Source of the DNA: Octopus sinensis
Lineage: Eukaryota
Reading direction: 5' to 3'
DNA: 64,000 bases
NCBI RefSeq assembly: GCF_006345805.1
Contig: NC_043009.1
Span: forward strand, 620,001-684,000
Shown: positions 36,800 through 50,261 of the stretch, in pieces
Layout of the letters: the number at the start of each line of letters is the position of its first letter
Numbering within the stretch: position 1 is the first letter of the stretch
Position numbers and translations under genes: made by a program
Notes under the pieces: model-generated
Seen by the model: only the letters and a program-made list of their open reading frames with translations
Databases searched by the model: none
What the model was told of the DNA's origin: nothing

Positions 36800-37030
36800 C
36801 TCGCGGTGCTGGTTACCCGGTTTCTATGGTGCACAAGTGACCGAGGTCACAATATACCCCTCCTCAACGGAACACCAGTCCATTATAGAGTCGCTTGTTT
36901 ACAGCTGAGTGGACTGCAGCCACATGAAATGAAGTGTTTTACCCAAGAATACAACGCACCGCATAGGTCAGGCATCGAAATCACGATCGCAAGATCATGA
37001 GCGCAACATCCGAACCACTAAACCACGCAC
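36800..37030 (-). mobile_element. SINE family D, diverged
   Basis: acagctgagtggactg..tgaagtgttttacccaagaatacaacgc..accactaaaccacg. Confidence 0.7.
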
Positions 37031-37411
37031 ATTCACTGTGATGGCAGAAGATTGACAGAATCGTTAGATTGGCGTTCAAAATTCCTTTAACATTTAGTTC
37101 CGTCTCTTCAAGTTTTGAGTTTAAATCTTGCCGAGTTCGAAGTTGTCTTTCTATACAATAGTGAACCAGTGAAGTCCCAAGGGACCGTTGTGATCAACTG
37201 TAAACCGTACACCATCACCAATACATCTGTCACTTTCTGCCTCTCTTAAAAAATAATACCAGACACGTTAGTTTCACCCAGTTTACGAAAACAGGGATCG
37301 GTTACCACGACTCATGCAATCCAGGATATGTAATATATATGTTTACACGCTTTTATTTATAGCTTTATCTGCTTCGAGATCCGTGGCTCCAAAAAGAATT
37401 ATACATATATA

Positions 37412-37444
<33 letters not shown>

Positions 37445-37457
<13 letters not shown>

Positions 37458-38356
37458 TCTAGTTGTGTGAGTGTCTGTCCCCTTCGATTTAGATTCCTAA
37501 CTACTCCCACATTTTGCGGTGCAGTTTAACCAAATTCGGGTATCTTATAGTCGTGATTCATATCGAGCCCGTCTGGGTATTAGCGCGCGTCTACGATGAG
37601 TCTACGATTTTAAAAAATAATTTAACATCATTTTTTATTCCATTTTAATGCATATTTTTTCGTGTGTCGGTGGCGGCGGAGTTGGCGTCCACGCTCACAT
37701 CTGCACCTGTGTTGCTTCTCCCCCTTCTTCCCTCCCTCGTGAAGCTGTGGGGAAGGGAGTTTAAGGAAATCAACGTCGTAATGCGTTGTCAAGGAGACCA
37801 GCGTTCTTTTAGAACAACGACTTCATGGCTTGAAGTCGCCAAAACAGAAATCGCTAAAAAAGCTGAAACAGATCCACAAAAACGGCAATTACCGCCACAC
37901 AGGGCAGGTTTCCTGTGCAAACAATTTGCACAACCGAATGTTTTAGTTGTTGCACAAATCTTTATATATAAAATTAAGGTTGTGTGTCTGTCTCCTACGA
38001 TTTAGATTCCTAACTACTCACACATTTTGCGGTGCAGTGTAACCAAAACCGGGTATCTTATAGTCGTGATTCATATCGAGCCCTTCTGGGTATTAGCGCG
38101 CGTCTACAATGAGTTTACGATTTTAAAAAAAATTTACCATCATTTTTTATTCCATTTTAATGCATTTTTCGCTATTATATAAGGGAAGTAACTCTCTAAA
38201 AATGTCTACGATGAGTCAACGATTTAAAAAAAAATTACCATCATTTTTTTATTCCATTTTTAATGCATTTTTGATATTTTTTTGCTATATTTCACTAAAA
38301 ATGCTTATATAGTTATTTCCCTTACAAACCCGAGCAACGCCGGGCGATACTGCTAG
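37445..38356 (+). mobile_element. Non-autonomous Helitron with internal duplication
   Basis: 3' hairpin CCCG-agcaacgc-CGGG followed by gatactgCTAG|T; ~200-bp unit repeated at ~37450 and ~37970. Confidence 0.8.
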
Positions 38357-38724
38357 TATATATATATACACACACACATATACATTTATATATATACTGG
38401 CATTATGACCCGTCGTTGCCGGGTTATAGTGCTAGTGCATATATATATGTGTATATATATGTGTACATATTACATGTACATCTATATATATACATCTACA
38501 CATAAAATACAAAATACAAAGTTATATCTTGATATCGCTAGTGATAACAATACTCAAAATATATAACAGACTGGAATTGTAGGCCCGTCTCTTGCAATTT
38601 CGATCAATTGTATCTTGTCCTCCCTCTTGTATAGAAGTGTGACTACAATCCAGCCTACCTCTACTTCTGGGAGTACATTTTAAATATTTATCCGGGACAT
38701 CCTACGTCCCAGATATCTCTTTAC

Positions 38725-39130
38725 TCTTTTACTCTTTTACTTGTTTCAGTCATTTGACTGCGGCCATGCTGGAGCACCGCCTTTAGTCGAGCAAATCGAC
38801 CCCGGGACTTATTCTTTGTAAGCCCAGTACTTATTCTATTGGTCTCTTTTGCCGAACCGCTAAGTGACGGGGACGTAAACACACCAGCATCGGTTGTCAA
38901 GTAATGCTAGGGGGACAAACACAGACACACAAACATATACACACACACTTATATATATATATATACATATATACGACAGGCTTCTTTCAGTTTCCGTCTA
39001 CCAAATCCACTCACAAGGCATTGGTCGGCTCGGGGCTATAGCAGAAGACACTTGCCCAAGATGCCACGCAGTGGGACTGAACCCGGAACCATGTGGTTGG
39101 TTAGCAAGCTACTTACCACACAGCCACTCC
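38725..39130 (-). mobile_element. SINE family A, intact
   Basis: Complete head, internal TA/CA tract and 3' half. Confidence 0.9.
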
Positions 39131-40039
39131 TATGGTGCTTTCCTCCAGGTTTTGAAATGGTTTTTTTCTCTACATTGTATACTTTATAGACAATAGTCTT
39201 TTCTTTAATTTAATTTTTTATTTCGTTTGGTGGTGTTATCCTAGATTCACCGTCTTTGTCGGTGATCAATCCGTATTTCTTCCATTTTAATTTCAATGAG
39301 TTCGCACCCACCGACGGTTGCAGCAAAATTCATTATTGGACTTTCTTCTATCGAAGGCATTCTAACAAAAATGCTTCCATGTAAACGGTGAAAATATTGT
39401 CAATTTCCCCAAACAGGGACACAATTCAATTTTTAAACAATAACCAAAGCTCCTTCTCCCAAAGGGGGAAGGTTACTGTTTACAATTATTTAACAAATGC
39501 AACACAACAATGTTTCCTTTGCGAGGAACCAACAAACGTTATAACAATAGTTAAACAGTAATAATAATACCAACAAACCTTACGATGAATCAGAAAGCAG
39601 TAAGCAGTTGAAGCTTTAGTCCTTTATGTATAAGAAATAAACCAACAGCAGTACTCTGTAGGAGCGGCTGTTCGAGAAAACAGATATTACATACAGCCAA
39701 ACTTCATATAGATACTTAATGCTAGCTAATTAGCAGATAATCTAATGTAAAAGCACAGCTCCATCTGGACTATTCCATTTCTGCGCGCTAATTTTATTTT
39801 TAATTTATTCCCATTCATGTGAAACCACTTATTCAAGTTCAAGTCATTGATGCAATTTTATACCAATTGCTATTTTTACTTTTGTTATGTTACGATTATA
39901 TTATACTTTAGTTTGATTTTAATTTTTACTTACTACATATAATTCAATTGTTATTATTATTTTTATTGTTAAAGTGAAAGTATCTGACATAAAATAGAGA
40001 AATGTTCTTGTTTCGCTTTTAACACGTAATACTGAAATA

Positions 40040-40240
40040 GTGGAGAAGATATGATATTGCTATGGGCTCGCTCTAGGCAAGAAGTTGAACATTTTTTGCC
40101 CATGAAACTATATGGACCCTAAGTAAGGCATGTGTAAAATTTGAATGCAATTGGTTGTGTAGTTCTCAAGTTTTAGAGAAACACACAGACAGACAGACAC
40201 ACACACACACACGCATTCTCAGTTTTATATATATAGAGAA
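40040..40240 (+). mobile_element. Possible Helitron-derived non-autonomous 3' end
   Basis: aaatttgaa..aattgg..tagtt..(ACAG)n..ttttatatatatagag pattern. Confidence 0.3.
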
Positions 40241-40424
40241 ATACATGGTGGTTGTCTACTCCTTATGTGGAGTCTGACCATCTCCTTTACCTACACCTCA
40301 GAACCATCATGGCATCTGATGTGGCTTTTTAAACTAGACAATGTTTTGAAAAGACACCCACAGATTGCACATCCGATTTGAAACACTAAGAGCTGCAGTT
40401 AAGTTCTGATCTTTGTGCATCTTA

Positions 40425-40503
40425 AAAATGTATGTATGTATGTATGTATGTATGTATGTATTATGTATGTATGTATGTATGTATGTATGTAGATAGATAG
40501 ATC

Positions 40504-40597
<94 letters not shown>

Positions 40598-40680
40598 CAT
40601 GCATACATACAGACAGACAGACAAACTGGTAAACAAGCAGACAGACAGGCTGGCAGGCAGACAGACAGACAAGTACACAC
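40425..40680. repeat. Compound (TATG)(GA)(GATA)(GACA) microsatellite
   Basis: Directly visible. Confidence 0.95.
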
Positions 40681-41199
40681 ACATGTACACACACACAAAT
40701 AATATGTTGGTCGAGTGTAAATGAAATGAATATTGACAAGCGTCTTTGACCTATAGAAAGGCTTAGATTGAAGCAGAGCTATTACTGGCGATACTATCAG
40801 CTTAAGTGCGGCATGTAGATTTAAAATAGATAACAGACATTAGTGCCTCTATGATTAATTCGTCTTTAATGATGTTAGCGACAAAACTCAGTCTCGTATG
40901 ACTCATTTCATCCATTTCTCACCAAATGAATTCATACATATCAATTGTTTCTTTCAGAGTGATTTAGTCCCAGTTGAATGAATAACCATTATAAAAAGTA
41001 CTTATGGAAGGATAGTGACGTTAGATCTGTTTTATTGCTGTCTAAACAAGATGTTACGGTAGTTTATTCAGTCATAATTTAAGTATGCTATTATATATTT
41101 GGATCAAATGCGTAAATGTGTGCGTGCGTGTCTGTGTGTGTATTGTATTATTCTTTTATTCTTTTAATTGTTTCAGTCATTTGACTGCTATATATATAT

Positions 41200-41259
<60 letters not shown>

Positions 41260-41610
41260 AGAAAAAAGCAACAAGAATGGATTAGTTTTACGGGACACTT
41301 GTATTTGCTGCAATATTTGCAGCTTTTAATAAAGCTGTTCTTCGTATGAAACAATTGTACTGAAAAACTAATCCATTCTTGTTGCTTTTTTCTTGTTTAT
41401 AATCACCCCACATTATTTTATGGTTAATACCATATATATTTCTGGTGCATCTAAGTTAAGTACCGCATTCATGTGAATTCATTGGAACTCACTTGAATCT
41501 TAATTGCTTTTACTGAAAGTATATATATATATATATATTTCAAAATGTAACCACGTGTGAATCGTTGGCCATTTTCGTCCTCCGTCTTCCTTTCTTTTGG
41601 ACTTTCCTCT

Positions 41611-41645
41611 ATTTCTGAAGAAGAGCTTTGCTCGAAACGTTAAAT
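41611..41645 (+). ncRNA. Minimal hammerhead-like motif in a pLTR-derived repeat (41545-41745)
   Basis: ATTT-CTGAAGA-A-GAGC-ttt-GCTC-GAAAC-GT-T|AAAT; GUU triplet is suboptimal; 3' half recurs at 30645. Confidence 0.5.
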
Positions 41646-41809
41646 CCTCTTTCTTTCCTTTCCTGAACGTCTGATAATACATTACCTGTACCACGTCCTC
41701 GCGATGTTGTTTTCTGATGATTGTTCTTCTTTATTTGGATTCACTATATACATATATATGTGTGTGTGTGTGTGTGTGTATACACACATATATATACATA
41801 CATATATAC

Positions 41810-41869
<60 letters not shown>

Positions 41870-41870
<1 letters not shown>

Positions 41871-42235
41871 TCTTTTATTCTTGTTTCAGTCATTTCATTG
41901 CGGTAATGCTGGAGTACCGCCTTTAGTCAAGCAAATCGACCCCAGGATTCTTTGTAAGCCTACTTCTTATTCTATCGGTCTCTTTTGCCGAACCGCTAAG
42001 TTATGGAGATGTAAGCACACCAGCATCGGTTGTCAAGCAATGCTGGGGGGACAAACACAGACACACAAGCGTATATATACACGACAGGCTTCTTTCAGTT
42101 TCCGTCTACCAAATCCACTCACAAGGCTTTAGTCGGCTCAGGCTATAGTAGAAGACACTTTCCCAAGGTGCCACGCAGTGGGACTGAACCTGGAACCATG
42201 TGGCTGGTAAGCAAGCTACTTACCACACATCCACT
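41870..42235 (-). mobile_element. SINE family A, intact
   Basis: Full alignment to 38725-39130. Confidence 0.9.
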
Positions 42236-42269
42236 CCTATATATATATGTATATATATATATATATATT

Positions 42270-42301
<32 letters not shown>

Positions 42302-42429
42302 ATATATATATATACCACACGGAGAATATAAAAGAAGCATCTCTGTGCTCGTGTGATCTGCTAGATATCGCGGTAAGGGAAGACTGGAGAGAAGCGAATT
42401 GAAAATGAATGAATTTTAATATTCCCTAT

Positions 42430-42469
42430 TTGCTGCTGCTGTTGTTGGTGTTGATGATGATGATGATGA

Positions 42470-42508
<39 letters not shown>

Positions 42509-43250
42509 TGATGTTGTTTTTAGCAGTGGTAATGGTAGTGGTGGTGCTTGTTGTTGTGGTGGTGGTTTGTGCTTGTGGTCGTGGTCGGGGTCGCGGTGGA
42601 CGTGGTATTGGTGGGGTTGGCAATGGTGATGACGGTGTTGGTGACGGTGGTTGTAAGGGTGGCGGCGGTGGTGATTTTTGGTGCTGGAGATGTTGTTAGT
42701 GGTGGTGCTGGAACTGGTGCTGGAGATGTTGTTAGTGGTGGTGCTGGAACTGGTGCTGGTGCTAGTAGCGGTGGCGATGGTCGTCTTGGTAGCGGTGATG
42801 AGTTTATTGCTTATAATGATGTTATAATGATGTTATATAAAATTTTACCAATAACAGCAACAACAAGCAGAATGAACAGCAGCAGCAGAATTAATTATGT
42901 TTCTGTTGGTTTAAATCCGACCACACAACTTCATCCTGTAATGTTAGCACTTCAAACTCGGCACTTCAACCTTGTTAGTTCCTCCTATCACTTCCATTAA
43001 TGCTATACGAGCTCTTATTGTCTGCAGAGCTGTGCTACACGATGGAACAACGGGGAAATGTAATGGTAGAGTGGATTTAAGTTACCGGATTACCGGTTTC
43101 ATTAAGCGTAAGTTGAAATTTGCTTTGGTGGTGGTGGTGGTGGTGGGGACAGCAGCGGGGGTTGTGGCTGCGGCAGAGGCGGCGGCGGCGGCGGCAGGGG
43201 CGGCAGCGGCAGCGGTAGCGGCGGCGGAAGCGGCGACGGCAGCGGCATAT
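42430..43250. repeat. GC-rich cryptic trinucleotide arrays (GAT/GAC/GGT/GCG) with a 33-bp tandem duplication at ~42680-42750
   Basis: Directly visible. Confidence 0.85.
43028..43107 (+). CDS. Candidate isolated 80-nt internal exon (AVLHDGTTGKCNGRVDLSYRITGFIK), product unknown
   Basis: ttattgtctgcAG| acceptor, |GTAAGT donor, one open frame, unique sequence between repeats; no homologue recognised. Confidence 0.25.
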
Positions 43251-43897
43251 ACATACATACACACATATACATACATGCACATACATACACATACATACAC
43301 GTACATACATATACACATCTACACATATACACATAAATATATATATACCCATACATAAATCTACATGTCCAAATATATATATATATATATACATATATAC
43401 ACATATATATACATACATCCATACACAAATATACATGCATACACACATACATTTATTTACAAATACACATGTATATATAAATACACTTACGCATACATAA
43501 ATATATACATGCATATACACATACATACACATACACACACACACACATATATATTTACATAAATACATAAAGGACAGAACATGATCATATATTTGTATTT
43601 GTATTTTTATTTGTATTGCTTTTACGTCCTGTTCTTGTCACATTTTTCTTTCCTTGTTTTTACCCCTCTGCAAAGAAATTTTATTTAATTCTTTTACAGG
43701 AAGGACTCGTTCGACGGATCATGTTCTGTCCTTACCTTCGAAACACGCATTGAGTCGAACCAGGGACAGCTGATGAAGGGGAATATTCCTTGTATTGTTT
43801 GTCTTGTACTCTGTTTTTTCTTTGTTAAAAAAGTCCGTTTCCTAGTTTGTTTTTATGTTTTCGTTTCTCGTTGAGTTCTACGTTTATTTGTGGTGTC

Positions 43898-43953
<56 letters not shown>

Positions 43954-44194
43954 GGTCTGAAACTATAATGACTTTCCAGAAACCGACTGATGAAGATATT
44001 TGCTGCGCTTGGTCCGTGTATCTTGTCTCTGTCCTCTTCGCTCTTATATTCTTATCTATGTTATCGCTTCTGTTATGTTATTGTCTAGTTTACCGCATGT
44101 TTTGTTTTGATCGATTCCGCTTGTCCATGTTCTTTTTGTCCTACCGTTCATTTATATATATTATTTTATTCTCTCATTCTTTCATTCTTTTATT

Positions 44195-44570
44195 CTTTTA
44201 TTGGTTTCAATCATTTGACTGCGGCCATGTTGGAGCACCGCCTTTAGTCGAACAAATCGACACCAGGACTTATTCTTTGTAAGCCTAGTACTTATTCTAT
44301 CGGTCTCTTTTGCCAAACCGTTACGTTACGGAGGCGTAAACACACCAACATCGGTTGTCAAACGATGGTGGGCGGGACAAACACAGACACACAAACATAT
44401 ACATTCATATATATATACGACGGACTTCTTTCAGTTTCCGTCTGTCAAATCCAATCACAAGGCTTTAATCGGCCCGAGGAAGACATTTGCCCAAGGTGCC
44501 AAGCAGTGGGACTGAACCCGAAACCATATTGTTGGGAAGCAAGTTTCCTCCCACACAACTCCGCCTGCGC
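44195..44570 (-). mobile_element. SINE family A, intact
   Basis: Full alignment to family A. Confidence 0.88.
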
Positions 44571-44759
44571 CTAGTCGCACCTATATGTGTGTGTGTGTGT
44601 GTGTGTGTGTATAATTAAATATTAATATATGGGCTTCCTCACAGTTTCCATATAGCAAATCCCCCGGCAAGAAATTTGTCAGCTCAGGACAATAGTAGAA
44701 GACGACCAACGTGCCACACTGTAGGACTCAAACGGAATCCACATACAGCTTTAGTGTGG

Positions 44760-44917
44760 CAGGTTGGTGCATAACCTCAGTCCTCAAAGTACTGATTGTG
44801 TGGCCAAAGATTTTGCGGGCAATGGAAAAATAGTCCATGTTCTGTCAGATCTGAGCTTCTGTAGTTGAATGCACAGTCATCTGCGAACAGGAAGTCGCGT
44901 ACTGAGTTCTCTTTCAC
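44760..44917 (-). mobile_element. RTE-clade LINE RT fragment
   Basis: VRDFLFADDCA..MDYFSIARKIFGHTIS..TEVMHQP. Confidence 0.8.
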
Positions 44918-45133
44918 GTACACACACACACACAAACACACATACACTTAATATCCATTCATCAATCCCTAATTCGACAGACCAGCAAAATTCCAGAACC
45001 GAGATTGTTATTAAATGTAAACATACGGACATATTTCTCTTTTGCAACTGGACACCACCTCCTCGTTGAATTCAATTTACACCATATTAATTCCGATTTT
45101 AACGAACGCAACTCTTGATTTTCTTTAATCTTT

Positions 45134-45169
<36 letters not shown>

Positions 45170-45596
45170 CACCCCATTCCACTTCTTGCTTTTTTCCCTC
45201 ATTCCACTTTTTGCCTTTACTATCTTCTCGTCCTTTCTCGTGTTTTCTCAAAGACCGGCGTCCTTTCTAGTGCTTTTTTTATAATTTTATAGTTGAGTTT
45301 AAAAGATAGCTTGGAAACACAAGGTTTGATATATTAGCTTGACAATGTATTGTGTCTTCACGGCATGAAACTAAAAGTATCTCGTAGTTAAAAGTGGTGT
45401 ATGTATGTGTGTGTGTGTGTGCATAGATAGATATAGATATGTGTATATATATATATATGTGTGTGTGTGTGTGCATAGATAGATATAGATATGTGTATAT
45501 ATATATATATGTGTGTGTGTGTGTATGTATGTATGTATACACTCACACACACATATATATATATACATGCATACATATATATACGGGCATACGTAC

Positions 45597-45638
<42 letters not shown>

Positions 45639-45671
45639 ATAGATAGATGTGAATATATATATATATACAGA

Positions 45672-45723
<52 letters not shown>

Positions 45724-45919
45724 CACACATACAGAAAGAGAGAGAAGGTTGGGAAGAAAGAACAAACGCTACCCTTTGTCTGCTCATTCATTAAATTTTA
45801 CTTCCTTCCAATAATCATGAATGCTGCTCTGTTCTAATTCTGTCCCACGTTATCTGAAATTGATGTATTGCACTTTAAAACTAACCGATAAGAGTGGCCA
45901 ACCAACAGACCAGTTGGAT

Positions 45920-46465
45920 AGCATCATCGTCGTCATCACCGCCATTACCTCCATCGCCGCCATCATCATCATCATCATTATCATCATCAACAACAATTAC
46001 ATCATCATCGTCATCAAGATCACTGTTCTTTTCAGCATCACGATCATTGCCTTCATTATCACCATCATCATCGTCATCGTCGTTGTGGCCACCATCATCA
46101 TCATGAACACCTTAATCATCATCAGCAGCAGCGGCGGCCGCAACAGCATCACCATCACAACCACCACCACTATTATTTTCGTCACTATCGTCATCATTAC
46201 CAGCGCCAACAACTACCACACGAAGACCAAGATAAAACATCCGCATCATCGTCATCGTCATCATCATCCTAATGAATAACAACAACAAAAGCAACAACAG
46301 CAGCAGCAACAAAAACAACAACAACGGCAACGGCAAACAATGCCGGTTCTCTTCTAGAAATAAATCGCTAAAACAAAAAAGGACTTCTCTGTGTTTTTAG
46401 GGTTTCTTATTAATCTAACAACAAAGGACTGAAATGCTTTACTATTCCTCTTCTGAATACAACTT

Positions 46466-46503
<38 letters not shown>

Positions 46504-46700
46504 GCTGCTGCTGGTAGCAGCAGCAGCAGTTGCGGTTGCTGCGGCGGCGTTCGTGGTAGTGGCGGTGGTTGTTTTTGGTGTTGTCGTTTTTGTTGTTGTT
46601 GTTGTTGCTGTTATTGTTTGGCTTTTCGGTGTTAGTTGTTTTTAATGATAAAGTTTTCACACTATTTACATCAATAACAACGACAACAACAACAGCATAC
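45920..46700. repeat. Cryptic (CAT)/(CAA)/(GTT) trinucleotide arrays
   Basis: Directly visible. Confidence 0.85.
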
Positions 46701-46789
46701 ACTTCAGGAACCAGAAATTTAAGAACACCAGCGGCACCTCTCGATTCAAGCAATTTATACTTATGCTCACATACACACACACACACACA

Positions 46790-47215
46790 CTAGCAGTAAT
46801 ACCCGTCGTTGATCGGGTAATTATTTTTACTGTTTCTCGGGCTCGGAAACTACAAAAATGATACATCATATAGGAGAATAGCTTTACGGAATCCAGTTGA
46901 CTGTGAAATGGCACTGAAAAGGCTTCAGGTCAAGTGGAACATCCATTTGTGACAGTTCCTTTTGACGTTTGTATAGGTGATATGCCAAAGAAGAATTGAA
47001 AGATTCAGTTTGAACGTGAATGAAGCTAGAAGAATAGCTATATCATATAGAAGAATAGCTTTATGAAATCCAAGTGACTGTGCGGTAGTACTGAGAAGGC
47101 CACTAGTGAAGTAGAAGACCCATTTGTCATGGTTTCTTTTGACATTTGAATAGGTCGTATGCCCAAGGAGAATTGAAAGATTCAGTTTCGAATCTGAACC
47201 AGAGTGAGACTATGA
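46790..47215 (-). mobile_element. Non-autonomous Helitron 3' portion with ~177-bp internal duplication; 5' limit uncertain
   Basis: Reverse strand ends taattacccg-atcaacga-cgggtattactgCTAG|T. Confidence 0.65.
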
Positions 47216-47574
47216 CTACAGAATTAGGTTTACTTGTCTTGTATGTGTGTATTATATAAGAGAAAAACGTGATAATTTCATATACGAACTTCTGTTTGTT
47301 CTTCAAGTTGCAATCCAGCAACTTTTAGTGTTTGGCCCTGAGTTTTATTAATGCTCATGACAAAAGAAAGTGTGATAGGAAACTATAACGGCTTAAATTG
47401 GAATGAGATATTGGATAGTATAACTGGTATGCGAGGAACGAATACGGTATCACCTTGACCGCAACTAGTGAGAATATTGCCTCAATGCAGTTCCTCATAG
47501 GTTTGTGCACAATTAGTGTTGTACCTTTGCATAATTTTGAGCAAATAATATAATATAATAGATAATAGACAATA

Positions 47575-47599
47575 GATAAAGATGATAATAATAATAAAG

Positions 47600-47657
<58 letters not shown>

Positions 47658-47668
47658 TAATAATAAAG

Positions 47669-47730
<62 letters not shown>
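47575..47730. repeat. (AAT)n microsatellite
   Basis: Directly visible. Confidence 0.95.
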
Positions 47731-47731
<1 letters not shown>

Positions 47732-47838
47732 GAAACATACATACATATACATAATAGCTTCCCTTGAACCATTCGCTTTCATTTTGGTAGACAAACAAAC
47801 GAACAAACACACATACAAACACACACACACACACACAC

Positions 47839-47880
<42 letters not shown>

Positions 47881-48429
47881 GCGTGTGTGTGTGTGTGTGT
47901 GTTATTTATAACTAACAGAAGCTAGAGTACTTAGTACATGGCGTGGAGTATTTCTGCTATTACTTTAAGTTGCATGGTTGCTCGATCTCAAACATTATGC
48001 ATAATACATGCATGTGTGTTGCGTGTGTGTGTGTTTGTGTGTGTGTATCTGTCTGTGCGCGCTCGTGTGTGAGTATGTGGTCCATGTCTCATCTCTTCCT
48101 TTTCACGACCGGCTTACCTACTGAGTAGTAGCATTTTTCTTCTCTCCTGCTCTATCCACTCTTCGCTGTCTCTATGTTAAAATCCTTCAAACCCTCCCAG
48201 CGTTCGCTATTTTCGTCCCATGTCCTTATTTTGTTCGTTTATTTATATCCGTTCGTTTGTATTCCCACAGTTCTGTTTGTTTTCTTTTGTTACATTCTTT
48301 TCTACCTTTGTATGTCAACTGTCAGCATCGCATTCTTGTCTGTGGATTTTCTGTCATGTTTCTTGCCTTTTGGCTCGCCAGTCCCCAGCGGCCTGTGCCA
48401 TCGGCATCACCAGTTGGGGTGCAATATTA

Positions 48430-49110
48430 TCGGTTAGGGTGCCGAGCTGGCAGAATTTAAGGCGGCGAGCTGGCAGAATTTAGGGCGGTGAGCTGGTAGA
48501 ATCGTTAGAATGCAGGGCGAAATTCGTCTGCCGCTACGTTCTGAGTTCAAATTCCGCCGTGGTCGACTTTGCCTTTCATCCTTTCGGGGTCGATTAAATA
48601 AGTACCAGCTACACACTGAAGTCGATATAATCGACTTAATTCGTCTGTCTGTCCTTGTCTCCTTTATGTTTAGCCCCTTGTGGGTAGTAAAGAAATAGGT
48701 ATTTCGTCTGCAGTTACGTTCTGAGTTCAAATTCCGCCGATGTCGACTTTGCGTTTCTTCATTTCGGGGTCAATAAATCAAGTACCAGTTGCGTACTGGA
48801 GTCTATCTAATCGACTGCCCCCTCCCCCAAAATTTCGGACCTTGTGCCTAGAGTAAAAAGAATATTTTCGGTTTGGGCGGCGAGCTGGTAGAATTGTAAG
48901 CATGCCGGGCGAAATGCTTAGCCGTATTTCGTTTGCCGTTACGTTCTGTATTCAAATTCCGGCGTGGTCGACTTTGCTTTTCATCCTTTCGGGGTCGATT
49001 AAATAAGTACCAGTTACGCACTGGAGTCGATATAATCGACTTAATATCTTTGTCTGTCCTTGTTTATCCTCTCTATGTTTAGCCTCCCCCTGTGGGCAAT
49101 AAAGAAATAA
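48430..49110 (+). mobile_element. SINE family B composite: triplicated 22-23-bp head then three body units
   Basis: gagctggcagaattta x3, then tacgttctgagttcaaattccgccg units at ~48535, ~48715, ~48940. Confidence 0.85.
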
Positions 49111-49289
49111 ATATTATCAGTTAGGCACGAAATTGTGTTTGACCCGCTGGCCCAATAACTGAGGAGGAGTTGGCGACTATCCATGTCTGTTTCTCGTTTG
49201 TTTATGCGAATGTACATAAACATTCGCATATACATTCATGTATATATATACATATACAAACAGACAGACAGAGCGGCATAAGTGTGGTA

Positions 49290-50060
49290 TCTAGTGAGTC
49301 TAGAGTGAACGGCGCTGCTCTTGGCCTCTGCAGACCCTTCAAAACCGATGAGATTGTTGCTGTTAATGTTTTGCTTAAAGCTTTTGCAAGTCGACACCTT
49401 CAATAAACACATGTGCACTGGAGGAATTTCCACTGGTGTGTCATTTTAAGAAGAATGGAATAAGCATGGTGCTATGTTGGACACAGCATAAGTGATTATT
49501 GGCAGAGCATCGTGAGTGATCTTCAAAACATGATCTTGCTGACATATGAGGTCAGAGAGAAAGGCCTGTAGTTTATAGCATCTGCTCTGATTCCTCCTTT
49601 GTAGGCAGGACATATTATTCTTTCTTTTAACGTTTGAGGTAATGTACCGCATTCAAGGGAACTCTGGAAAAGCATTTGCAGTGATTTTGCAACAGTTTTC
49701 TTGCATGCTTTTAACAGAATTGCTGGGAGTCCATCGGGGTCCGTTGCAAAGTTTGGGTTTATCTCGTCAATGGCCGAGAATACATCCTCTTCTGTAATGT
49801 CAATGTAATGATGGCCGCTTTTTTCTCTTGTAGGTTAGAGATGTTGAAGGACTCTTCAGGTCTGCTTATGTTCATGTTTTCTTGTGGGGAGGTGAAAACA
49901 CTTTGAAATTGTGTATTGGATGCTTCACTTATCCTCTTGGGGTCTGCAGTCAGTGAGCCCTTTTTATCAAACAGTGGCCCTATCCTGTATCGCACTAAGA
50001 CAGACTGTTTTGCGAACTTGTAGAAGGCTTTGGGGTTTCCTTTTATATTTTCCACCGCCC
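49290..50060 (-). mobile_element. CR1/L2-group LINE fragment (pre-RT tether and RT start)
   Basis: IKGNPKAFYKFAK..RYRIGPL..GSLTADPKRISE..NTQFQSVFT..TEEDVFSAIDEI..DPDGLPAILLKAC. Confidence 0.8.
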
Positions 50061-50107
50061 TGGCTTCTCTCTCTCTCTATATATATACACATACATATGT
50101 GTGTGCG

Positions 50108-50173
<66 letters not shown>

Positions 50174-50261
50174 TACATACATACATACATACATACATAC
50201 ATACATACATACATACATACATACATACATACATACATACACACACATATGTATATATATA

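Noticed and set aside
39245-39390. Exon candidates at 39245, 38625, 40938, 47370 and 645
   Set aside because: Weak or missing splice partner, in-frame stops or no recognisable peptide; not distinguishable from chance
42409-43452. Gly/Val-rich, poly-Ala and poly-Pro ORFs
   Set aside because: Cryptic trinucleotide repeats that run directly into dinucleotide microsatellites
43725-43790. Permuted hammerhead (gaaacacgc before ctgatgaagg); similar at 43955-44000
   Set aside because: Stems I and III cannot be formed convincingly; at most a decayed pLTR remnant
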